A stretch of 64,000 bases of DNA from Macrostomum lignano (taxonomy: Eukaryota), in contig NIVC01000209.1 of assembly GCA_002269645.1 (NCBI GenBank), forward strand, positions 62,001 through 126,000, written 5' to 3'. The notes beneath the pieces are model-generated. The model saw only the letters and a program-made list of their open reading frames with translations, did not search any database and was not told where the DNA came from. How positions within the stretch are numbered: the stretch's first letter is position 1; each line of letters begins with the position of its first letter. Positions 33,828 to 45,300 of this stretch are shown one piece after another. Both the position numbers and the translations under genes were made by a program.

Positions 33828-35818
33828 TTCGTGGGTGCCTTCGTCGCCGCGCTCGGAGACCAGCGCGAGGCGGAGTATTCCGACATCAGCACCACCGTTA
33901 GAGCCGCTGCGGAGCAGACGGTCCCACTGATGCGGCCAGCGCAGAAATTTCGCTGCCTGTCTGGCAGAGCGACCCGACCATCAGGCAGGCGCGGCTCAAC
34001 ATCGAGCGACTCCGCAGAAACCGGCGGCCCACAGGCGACGCTGAAGACGCGTTTGAGCGCCTTCTAGACGAGCGGCAGCAGGCCGCTGTCGACGACGCCG
34101 TCAGGTCCAGCACTGCAGCCGGCCCCGACGTGAAGAGCCGCGCAGTGTGGACGGCCGTCAGGACTCTGACGGGGCGCAAAAAGCGCGTGGCGCTGAACCT
34201 GACTGGCGACACCCCGGAGGAGCGCAGGAATGAATTGCGCGACTTCTTCGTCGGCATCGTGAACGCGCCCGCGTCGCCGCTGCCTTCCAGTTTTGCGCTC
34301 CCACTGGACACGCCGCTCCCAGCTGAGGAGGACTTCTGCACCAGCCCAGTCACCACGGAGGGCGTTGTGCTGTTCGCTCGGAAAACATCAGACGGCAAGG
34401 CGCTCAGCCCCGACGAAGTCCCGGTCGAAGCGCTGCGGCTCCGCTGTGTGGCCTCCCAGGTCACAAGCGTCATGAACCGCGTGCTCGCCAGCGCCCCCGC
34501 GCCCACCGAGTAGACCGTCGCGCACATCGTGCCGATACCAAAGAAAGCAGGGACAACGCGGAAAGAAGACCACCGCGGGATCTCGCTGATGTCCTGCACC
34601 GCGAAGCTCTTCAACCGGCTGCTGCTCGATCGTCTGCGGTCGGTGCTGGACCGGTACCTGGGGTACGAGCAGAACGGATTCCGGCCGCAACGCGGTACAG
34701 TGACACAGATCCTTGCACTCCGCCGTGTCATCGAGGAGGCGCGCATCCGCCAGTCTACGCTGATGATTGTCTTCGTTGACTTTCGAAAGGCGTTTGACTC
34801 GGTGTTGAGAGCCGCGGGGAGCCTACCGGGTCCCGCAGCAGCTAATCGACGCTATCATGTCACTGTATCGCGATACTCAGCTGCTGTGGTGACGGCGGAC
34901 GGCCTGTCTGACCTGTTCGATACTTCATCAGAAGTTCTGCAGGGCGACACGCTAGCGCCGTTCCTCTTTGTGCTGCTGCTGGACTGGGTGCTTCCCCTCG
35001 GCCAATGACGGCAATTCCTGCTGCGCAGATGCATCGGTCGCCGCTACGGCGAAAAGCGCCTAAGCGTGCTTGGTTACGCCGACGACCTCGCCCTCCTGTC
35101 CTCGTCCGTTGAAGGCGCCCAGCGCCAGATCGACAGGCTGGTCGAGGTGGCATCGAGCGTCGGTCTAATCGTCAACACGCTGAAGAGCGAGGTGCTGACT
35201 GTGCCGGCCGACATCCCAGCGGACCTGACGTGCCGCGGCGCAGATGGGCAGACGACCAAGCTCGCACGCTGCCAGCGGTTCACCTACCTCGGCGGTCTGG
35301 TGCCCCACGTGGAAGAGGACCTCCGGCGGCGCAGAGGACTTGCCTGGGCGGCCTTTCGTTCGATCCGAGGCGTCCTCCAGTCTGGAGCGCTGCCCGACCG
35401 CCAGAGGGCTCGGCTGTGGCAGGCGGTGGTCGAAACCGTTCTGCTCTACAACGCCGAGACGTGGACGCTGACGGCTACGCTAGAGCGGCAGCTGGACTCG
35501 GCGCACTCAGGGCTGCTCCGCGTGGCCTTTCGAGCTGACGAGAGCGTCGGGACCGAGGCCCTGTACGATCGGGCCAAGCTGCAGCGCCCGTCCACCATCC
35601 TGCGCCGGCGGCGACTTCAACTGGCGGGCCACGTGATCCGGGCCGAGGGCTACTGCCCCCAACCTGTTCAGGACGTCCTGCTGTGCGACGCTGGGGCGCC
35701 CGACACTGCCAACGGAGCGGACTTTTTTCGCTCCCAGGCTCTGCGGCGCCCCATCTGACGCGCCCTGCTCAACTGTGACCTTTTGTTTGCAGGGCCGCGT
35801 ATTTTGTTGTTGTTGTTG
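33828..35818 (+). mobile_element. 5'-truncated, decayed non-LTR retrotransposon (RTE-like RT)
   Basis: RT motifs IVPIPKK...HRGISLMSCTAKLFN, QNGFRPQRGT, FVDFRKAFDS, VLQGDTLAPFLF, GYADDLALL, FTYLG; in-frame TAG at 34511 and frameshifts; (TTG)n tail at ~35803-35820; candidate TSD TTGGTCGCAA at 33818-33827 and 35819-35828. Confidence 0.9.
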
Positions 35819-36358
35819 TTGGTCGCAACGTCGTTAACTACCGCACCATCCAGGAGGTGGAAAAAGTCTAGGGGCACGAGCTGATGGCTGTACTTCAGCG
35901 CCAGAGCACAGGTGCGCTTTCACACAGCCCGGGTTACGTCACAAGTTTGTACATGTACGTTTCTTATTTTACCATTGGCATTATTCCCGATCTCGATCAG
36001 TTTACAGGTATATTTACATGTACTGTAGTGCAAAAAGCCAATTTCGCATAATTTACATTTGGCATTTTCACAAAGCTTTAAACTGGAAAATACATGTTGA
36101 TAGATAATGAAAACAAATTCAACACAATCATGATACAGGCCTATAGATACGTGTAAATTCTTTTAGAAAATTTTCCTTCGAATTAAAAAAATCTTTCACG
36201 CACGAGTCAGAACTAGCTGCTGAGATGTAACGCATCAAATCCATCGGTTGTACTTTCACAAAGTACATGTGCATGCACATATCAATTATTCAGTCGCAAA
36301 TTCACTGTTATGTAGAGCAACAGGCGCCAGCTCTCTCGAGTCCCTTCATCCCAGATTC

Positions 36359-39300
36359 CTAGGCGCTAGTGTCTTCGTTGTCAGAGTTGCAGATGCTGCC
36401 AATAGTTCTGTTGGCGTCAACGATAGCAATATCGCCTCCGGATTGTCTAACAAAGATCTTGGCATTCTTGTTGATGCTGCACTTGCCCAGGTAGCGTACT
36501 TGAATTAATTTGCCCTTCAGATGCGAGTTGCATAGATCGCCCGCTTCCTATTAGAAGGCATTTGTTCGCAGATTATTTGATTTGAAAAATTTTGTTAGAA
36601 TGCATAAATGACCTGTTACATGGGGCACTCGTCCTGAAGTTAAATAATTTGCTTTAAATTTGAGAAAAATTCCTGTCTAAATGTGAGTACATGCATTTGC
36701 CCTGAGCGCAGGGCGCTTAGCCAGCACTTTTCAGAGAGACAATTAACGGCGCCAGCACCAGGGGCTTTAGCACCAGGGGCTCTAGCACCAGGGCCTTTAG
36801 TACCAGTGGCTTTAGCACCAATGGCTTTAGCACCAAGGGGGCTTTAGCACCAGGGGCTTTAGCACCAATGGCTTTAGCACCAGGGGTCTTAGCACCAGGG
36901 GCTTTAGCACCAGGGGCTTTAGCACCAGGGGCGCCAGCACCAGGGGCTTTAGCACCAATGGCTTTAGCACCAGGGGTCTTAGCACCAGGGGCTTTAGCAC
37001 CAATGGCTTTAGCACCAAGGGGCTTTAGCACCAGGGGCTTTAGCACCAGGGCCTTTAGCACCAGGGCCTTTAGCACCAGGGGCGCCAGCACCAGGGGCGC
37101 CAGCACCAGGGGCGCCAGCACCAGGGGCGCCAGCACCAGGGGCGCCAGCACCAGGGGCGCCAGCACCAGGGGCGCCAGCACCAGGGGCGCCAGCACCAGG
37201 GGCGCCAGCACCAGGGGCGCCAGCACCAGGGGCGCCAGCACCAGGGGCGCCAGCACCAGGGGCGCCAGCACCAGGGGCGCCAGCACCAGGGGCGCCAGCA
37301 CCAGGGGCGCCAGCACCAGGGGCGCCAGCACCAGGGGCGCCAGCACCAGGGGCGCCAGCACCAGGGGCGCCAGCACCAGGGGCGCCAGCACCAGGGGCGC
37401 CAGCACCAGGGGCGCCAGCACCAGGGGCGCCAGCACCAGGGGCGCCAGCACCAGGGGCGCCAGCACCAGGGGCGCCAGCACCAGGGGCGCCAGCACCAGG
37501 GGCGCCAGCACCAGGGGCGCCAGCACCAGGGGCGCCAGCACCAGGGGCGCCAGCACCAGGGGCGCCAGCACCAGGGGCGCCAGCACCAGGGGCGCCAGCA
37601 CCAGGGGCGCCAGCACCAGGGGCGCCAGCACCAGGGGCGCCAGCACCAGGGGCGCTAGCACCAGGGGCGCCAGCACCAGGGGCGCCAGCACCAGGGGCGC
37701 CAGCACCAGGGGCGCCAGCACCAGGGGCGCCAGCACCAGGGGCGCCAGCACCAGGGGCGCCAGCACCAGGGGCGCCAGCACCAGGGGCGCCAGCACCAGG
37801 GGCGCCAGCACCAGGGGCGCCAGCACCAGGGGCGCCAGCACCAGGGGCGCCAAAGCTTGCTACAAGCTTGCTGCTGGACTTTTCCTAGCTAGTGATTGGT
37901 GGAGCGATGGGCACTATTTGCTTCCCAGTTCCCAATTACGCTGCTCTTGCCTGAATTGTAGCAACTGTCTAAAAATAGATAGACGTGGCCCACTACCCGC
38001 TTAACCCCGGAAATGTTGATTCCCCGGAAATTAAACAGCACTCACCTCTTCACCGCAGTGATGCAAGTAGGAATTATTCATAAATCGAACTTCGTTGTCG
38101 CCAGAAATGCGGATGTACACACCGTCGGGCTTGGCGACGAGCACCTCGGCCAGGTATGCGTGGCCCAGTTTAAAGCGTACATTTTTTGCATTCTTGATCC
38201 GTCGCCTCTCTCTGAGCTGATGAATGACCCACCTGCTCAACAGCTGCAAGAATCCAAGGACAATGCCGATGCCCAGTAGGACGAATAGGCCGCACAGGTA
38301 CTCGAATCCCAGAGGCACCTTGTTCTCAATGTCCGTCTGTCCGGAGTAGCAGCGATTCAAATCGAAATACTTCGAGCGCAGCTGAGCAAAATCGACGTCT
38401 TTGCGCGTTTTTAACTGATTAGTCAACTCCGCTTCGAATCGGAACCCTTTTCGATAGAACCAAGTCAGAAAGTGGCTGTTGGCGATGTTGCCCATCACGG
38501 TCAACTTGCAGTCTTTATTCTTTACGTAGCTTAACGTATCGGCGCTGGCAATCAGAATGAAATTTGGATCGGCCAGCACCTTAGCAACGGCTTCTTCGGT
38601 GCTGTTCAGGTACATCTCGTCAGGCCACTCTCGCACGGCCCTGGCGTGCACTTTTGGCCAGTAGGTCTGCACTTCGGTGTCCACTAGCGAGTCTCTGATG
38701 TAGCCCCACTTGTAGCCCTTGCTATCGGCCAGGTCGCCTACAGAGGCGAAGAAAACGTGCCCCTCTGGCTTGATAAGAAAGGCTACCAGGTTGCTCAGGT
38801 AGGTTGTCATGTACAGCAGAGTGGAAAACCAGAGTAGCAGGGTGAAGAGTCGGCTGGACAGCTTCTTCGGCTCGGTCTCCACCTTGGACATGAGAAACGA
38901 GGACAGGACTAGAAAGAAGGATTCGTACGGCGAGTACATTCGCTGGTTCTCCGTGTTCGGGCTGATCTTGTCGCATGCGTACAGAGTGGCCGAGAGCAGT
39001 ACAATTGCGATTACTATGCTCACCCAGACGTAGAACGAGAACGGATGAAACACGTGCAGAAAGTCGGTGGAATGAACTACCTTTCTTCTGAGCATCTGAA
39101 TGCCCTCCTGAACCATGTCAACCGAGAGATCGACGTGATCGACTCGATCGAACGTTGGCGACAGAAAATTCAGGCTAACATCGGCGGACTAAAACGAGAG
39201 ATACATGTACGTTGAACAATTTTGAAAAGATTTTTAGGCTGCAAAAATGTTTCTTAAACAGGTTCGTGTAAAATTATAACACCTTACCCCGTTTTTAACC

Positions 39301-42300
39301 ATTTCGAACACTTCGTTCTGGCTTTTGACAGGTATCAATTTGTACTCGAAGCCCAGATGAAGCCGCAACGCCTCCACAATCTCAATGCAGAGTCCTCGAG
39401 CAGTTTTTGTAGCGCTGTTGTAGCTGTAGAAGTACGGCTCGGTCTGGATAGTTTTCGACGATGGATTCCAGGATTCCAGGGTTAGCAGCTACATGAAAAG
39501 GTCCCAGATCCTAGATCCCAGATCCTAGATCCCAGATCCTAGATCCCAGATCCTAGATCCCAGATCCTAGATCCCAGATCCTAGATCCCAGATCCTAGAT
39601 CCCAGATCCTAGATCCCAGATCCTAGATCCCAGATCCTAGATCCCAGATCCTAGATCCCAGATCCTAGATCCCAGATCCTAGATCCCAGATCCTAGATCC
39701 CAGATCCTAGATCCCAGATCCTAGATCCCAGATCCTAGATCCCAGATCCTAGATCCCAGATCCTAGATCCCAGATCCTAGATCCCAGATCCTAGATCCCA
39801 GATCCTAGATCCCAGATCCTAGATCCCAGATCCTAGATCCCAGATCCTAGATCCCAGATCCTAGATCCCAGATCCTAGATCCCAGATCCTAGATCCCAGA
39901 TCCTAGATCCCAGATCCTAGATCCCAGATCCTAGATCCCAGATCCTAGATCCCAGATCCTAGATCCCAGATCCTAGATCCCAGATCCTAGATCCCAGATC
40001 CTAGATCCCAGATCCTAGATCCCAGATCCTAGATCCCAGATCCTAGATCCCAGATCCTAGATCCCAGATCCTAGATCCCAGATCCTAGATCCCAGATCCT
40101 AGATCCCAGATCCTAGATCCCAGATCCTAGATCCCAGATCCTAGATCCCAGATCCTAGATCCCAGATCCTAGATCCCAGATCCTAGATCCCAGATCCTAG
40201 ATCCCAGATCCTAGATCCCAGATCCTAGATCCCAGATCCTAGATCCCAGATCCTAGATCCCAGATCCTAGATCCCAGATCCTAGATCCCAGATCCCAGAT
40301 CCTAGATCCCAGATCCTAGATCCCAGATTCCACTGTGGTTTTCAGGTTACCTCGTAAGCTGCAAAGACGATTAGGCTTCGCGATATGGCACCAGCTCCAT
40401 TGTACTCTGGTCTGTATGGCGACAAACTGGTTCCATCGTTGATCCACTTTCCAGTCAAGCTAAAAATGTCGCTTTCTGGTTTGCTTCGGTTGCTGCGGAA
40501 CACGTCAATTTGCACTTTTGAGCGCACGTGAGTGGACTCGTTGTACGTGAAGGGGCCAGTCAGAGGGAACACGATACTCGTCTCCTGTCAAATTAAAGTA
40601 AGTTTGAGGTTCAGCGTCATTAGGCTCTGATCTTATTTGGCTGGTTCCGGTTTGTCCGGTTCCGGTTTGTCCGGTTCCGGTTTGTCCGGTTCCGGTTTGT
40701 CCGGTTCCGGTTTGTCCGGTTCCGGTTTGTCCGGTTCCGGTTTGTCCGGTTCCGGTTTGTCCGGTTCCGGTTTGTCCGGTTCCGGTTTGTCCGGTTCCGG
40801 TTTGTCCGGTTCCGGTTTGTCCGGTTCCGGTTTGTCCGGTTCCGGTTTGTCCGGTTCCGGTTTGTCCGGTTCCGGTTTGTCCGGTTCCGGTTTGTCCGGT
40901 TCCGGTTTGTCCGGTTCCGGTTTGTCCGGTTCCGGTTTGTCCGGTTCCGGTTTGTCCGGTTCCGGTTTGTCCGGTTCCGGTTTGTCCGGTTCCGGTTTGT
41001 CCGGTTCCGGTTTGTCCGGTTCCGGTTTGTCCGGTTCCGGTTTGTCCGGTTCCGGTTTGTCCGGTTCCGGTTTGTCCGGTTCCGGTTTGTCCGGTTCCGG
41101 TTTGTCCGGTTCCGGTTTGTCCGGTTCCGGTTTGTCCGGTTTCCAGAGAATGTTGGTCGATTTCTAGTCATAAAAATATGGCGCCCTTTGAAGACAGAAT
41201 TAGAAACTTTGGCCTGACTTGATCTTCAGGAGGTCTACTATATTTGACTGGCTGTAATTTGCCACAAATTGACTCCCCTGAACCCTAACCCTAAACCCTA
41301 CTCTAACAATAAACCAAACCAAACGCCAAACCCTAATCTAAACCTCAACCTTAACCCTAAACTAAAGCGCCGGCAGTTAATTTTTGACAGTCAAATGTCA
41401 CCGACAGTCAAATGTCACCGACAGTCAAATATCATCAACAGTCAAATATCATCAACAGTCAAATGTCATCAACAGTCAAATGTCATCAACAGTCAAATGT
41501 CATCAACAGTCAAATATCATCAACAGTCAAATGTCATCAACAGTCAAATATCATCAACAGTCAAATGGCATCAACAGTCAAATGTCATCAACAGTCAAAT
41601 ATCATCAACAGTCAAATATCATCAACAGTCAAATATCATCAACAGTCAAATGTCATCAACAGTCAAATATCATCAACAGTCAAATATCATCAACAGTCAA
41701 ATATCATCAACAGTCAAATGTCATCAACAGTCAAATGTCATCAACAGTCAAATGTCATCAACAGTCAAATGTCATCAACAGTCAAATATCATCAACAGTC
41801 AAATATCATCAACAGTCAAATATCATCAACAGTCAAATGTCATCAACAGTCAAATGTCATCAACAGTCAAATGTCATCAACAGTCAAATATCATCAACAG
41901 TCAAATATCATCAACAGTCAAATGGCATCAACAGTCAAATGTCATCAACAGTCAAATGTCACCAACAGTCAAATGTCACCAATCAGCATAAGCTGCCCTT
42001 ACCGTGGCAATCGTCTCTGTCAAAGTGGCACTCGTGGCCAATCGGCTCCATCTGCTGAACGACTTCAAAAAATGATTCATGCAGTCCAACAGAAACGGCT
42101 GCAGCAGTTCGCTTTGCGAATATTTGTTGTGATCGGATAGGCGGAACGTGTAAAACTCGACTTCGCTTCGATAGAATTTGGTAAGATAGCGCTCGCTGTC
42201 GAACTATGATGGGACATGGAATGGTGAATAATGGCATCATGCAGGAATGTATTCAGTGCATTGGTTGTTAAATTAAGCAAGGCCTAGGTGTCACATCCTG

Positions 42301-45300
42301 CTGGGGGGGGGGGCGTGGCCTAGAAGTCTAGCGCGGCCGATCTGAGGTGCCAGCGGCCCAAGTTTGCTGGGATAAACTGGAATCTCGGCTTGGCTCTGCT
42401 CGTGCAATTACCGGCCTTGAGGGCCAACCCCCCAAGACACAGTGAAGTGTACATGCCTAACGATAAATAAAGTTAGTGCCGCTGTACACTCCCGTGTGAG
42501 TGTGTGCCTGTGCGTATGACTGCGTACGTATCCGCGCGCTTGTGTGCCTTCTCAGGGGAGTCGGCGGAATGGGCAGTAATGCCTCTCGCCGGTCGTGTGA
42601 CAATGTCGCTCAAAGACCAACTCACTAACCGAATGTTGCTTTAACTCCAGGTCTTAAACGAATCCTTGCTCTAATTACAATAAGGTTAAATAGGTCATTA
42701 GTGCACCCGATGCTGCTGACCCAACTCAGTTTATCAAACAAGTTATTCTTTCATCCCGGTAAAACGCCGAACAACCAGAAGGTACTCACCAGACTGGGAA
42801 GGAAAAAGTACTGTGACGATACGAAAATCCCCGCTCTTGAAGCCTGAAAAAAAATTCAGATCACTTAAACAAAATGGACATAAAAATGCTAAGTATTGTC
42901 ATACTGGCATCGGATTAGCTATCCTCAAACCTGAGTGAGAGCTCTCTCCATAAGCGGCAGATTGGGCTCGTCAAACAGCATAATCCAGCCCATACCGGAT
43001 GACAGAGTGTTCGGGTTGTAACGGGCAAATAAATTGTAGATTTGCTCATCCGAACTATTCGCCCGGATGGTGTGAACGCTGAATACTCGTCTGTCAAAGT
43101 TCACCAGGAACTGGCTGCTGGCTGCGGGGAACACAGTGGGTGCTCTGATCTGTTTATTACGCATTGACCACATTCTGTAAAATCGTATTGTCTACCGGCT
43201 GTAATCATGGAGGAAAAGAACAACTTAGGAGTGCTACTTAAGGAGCGGGATATTTTTGTTTTAAGTCTCACTGTAAAGATAACAAGAACTACTGTGTTAG
43301 TTGTACCATTGACCTTCTGTCACAGACAATCACAATAGACTGTCGTTTTTTCGGGAAACTTCATGAATCAAGAATAGAATAGTCTATGGTTTTAAGTGGG
43401 AGGGGGCTGCAAGAAGTTCAATGATCGAATTCTATAATTAGTATCGCCTATGACGATCTAAATGGCAATTTGGACAAATCAAAACGGGACGCAAGCCAGA
43501 CATTCAAGCCAGGCCGCAGACTCCGGCTGCTTGGGAATACACGACCATAGAATGTGGAATGTACAATGTAAATGTAAAGCCATGTAGAAGAAAGAATGTA
43601 AAAGCCATTCAAAACGGAAAATCTCTAAATTTTTTTATATCTCACAGCCACTGGAATATTTAAAAGTGAACACAAAGTGTCCGTTACCGGAAGCAAAACA
43701 AAAGTAACTCAGAACTCTTAGAGCGTCAGGAAAGGATTTTCATCGAGTTTCTTAACCAAGAATTCTCTCATTTCCTGATCGGTCTTGTGCAATCCTTCTT
43801 TCCAAGCCAATGACTACTTGGTGATAACTTTTTGGGGAGACTCTCCAAAAGTCAGTGGAAACACGACTTCTAGTGTCTATGGCAGAAAACTCCCATCAAT
43901 TCCTCCACAAGCCAGTACGAGAGATCATCAGAGATGGAAGAATCTTCACTTTTTTTGCTTTGCTTTTGCTTCAGCGCGTGTCTATGGCAAATACCTCTCA
44001 CCCCTACGGGGCTCCATGGAAGTGTGTAAGCCTTCCTTGTAACTGAAGGCTGTAATTAAATCAGATTAGCACTTCATCTTTATTCCTTCCTCCCGATCCA
44101 TTGTTTTTCATTGATTCTGCGCTTTTGTCTGTGGCCATAACTTAATTATACAACAGGACAACGCCAAAACCTACAATCAGCTGATTAAAGGTAAAAAACA
44201 ATGGCAAAAGTTGCTTTGAAAGTGGCTCTTACCTGGAGTACCATCGGACACGGCCACCAGAGAAGTTCTCTTGTAAACCAAAGAAACCGAGTAGAGAGCT
44301 TCGCTCAGGTGATAATTGTCTATTTGTATCTCAAATATATTTGGCGTGCCTGGCGGAAAGCTGAATACATTTTTCTTAATAATGAAGTAAGGAATTTCCA
44401 TTGAGTAGGAGGCGATAGCCAGGCTGATGTAGTAATCAGATAGCACAGCTGCCGCACCGACCATGGTGAGGTTCTGTTGAACTGTGCGGATGGGAAGATC
44501 AGGTTAAAATCAATAAAATTCTATGCACATGCTAACATCATTGTTTACGTTCCGTCTCTCCTAGTCGCTGTCACTCTCTACTGTCACTCCCTGATAATCC
44601 CCGACTGTCACTCCATGATAATCCCCGACTGTCACTCCATGATAATCCCCGACTGTCACTCCATGACAATCCCCGACTGTCACTCCCTGATAATCCCCGA
44701 CTGTCACTCCATGATAATCCCCGACTGTCACTCCATGATAATCCCCGACTGTCACTCCATGATATTCCCCGACTGTCACTTCATGACAATCCCCGACTGT
44801 CACTCCATGACAATCCCCGACTGTCACTCCATGATAATCCCCGACTGTCACTCCATGACAATCCGGCTGTCACTCCATGATAATCCCCGACTGTCACTCC
44901 ATGACAATCCGGCTGTCACTCCATTATAATCCCCGACTGTCCCTCCATGATAATCCCCGACTGTCCCTCCATGACAATCCCCGACTGTCACTCCATGATA
45001 ATCCCCGACTGTCACTCCATGATAATCCCCGACTGTCACTCCATGACAATCCCCGACTGTCACTCCATGATAATCCCCGACTGTCACTCCATGACAATCC
45101 GGCTGTCACTCCATTATAATCCCCGACTGTCACTCCATGACAATCCCCGACTGTCACTCCATGACAATCCCCGACTGTCACTGCATGACAATCCCCGACT
45201 GTCACTCCATGATAATCCCCGACTGTCACTCCATTATAATCCCCGACTGTCCCTCCATGGCAATCCCCGACTGTCACTCCATGATAATCCCCGACTGTCA

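Noticed and set aside
36717-38004. 378-aa ORFs on both strands (APLVL / GASTR repeats)
   Set aside because: Translations of a stop-free 15-bp minisatellite inside a GT-AG intron.
40620-42140. Repetitive ORFs (NRTNR, GSGLS, SSTVKCHQQ)
   Set aside because: Products of the 15- and 17-bp intronic arrays.
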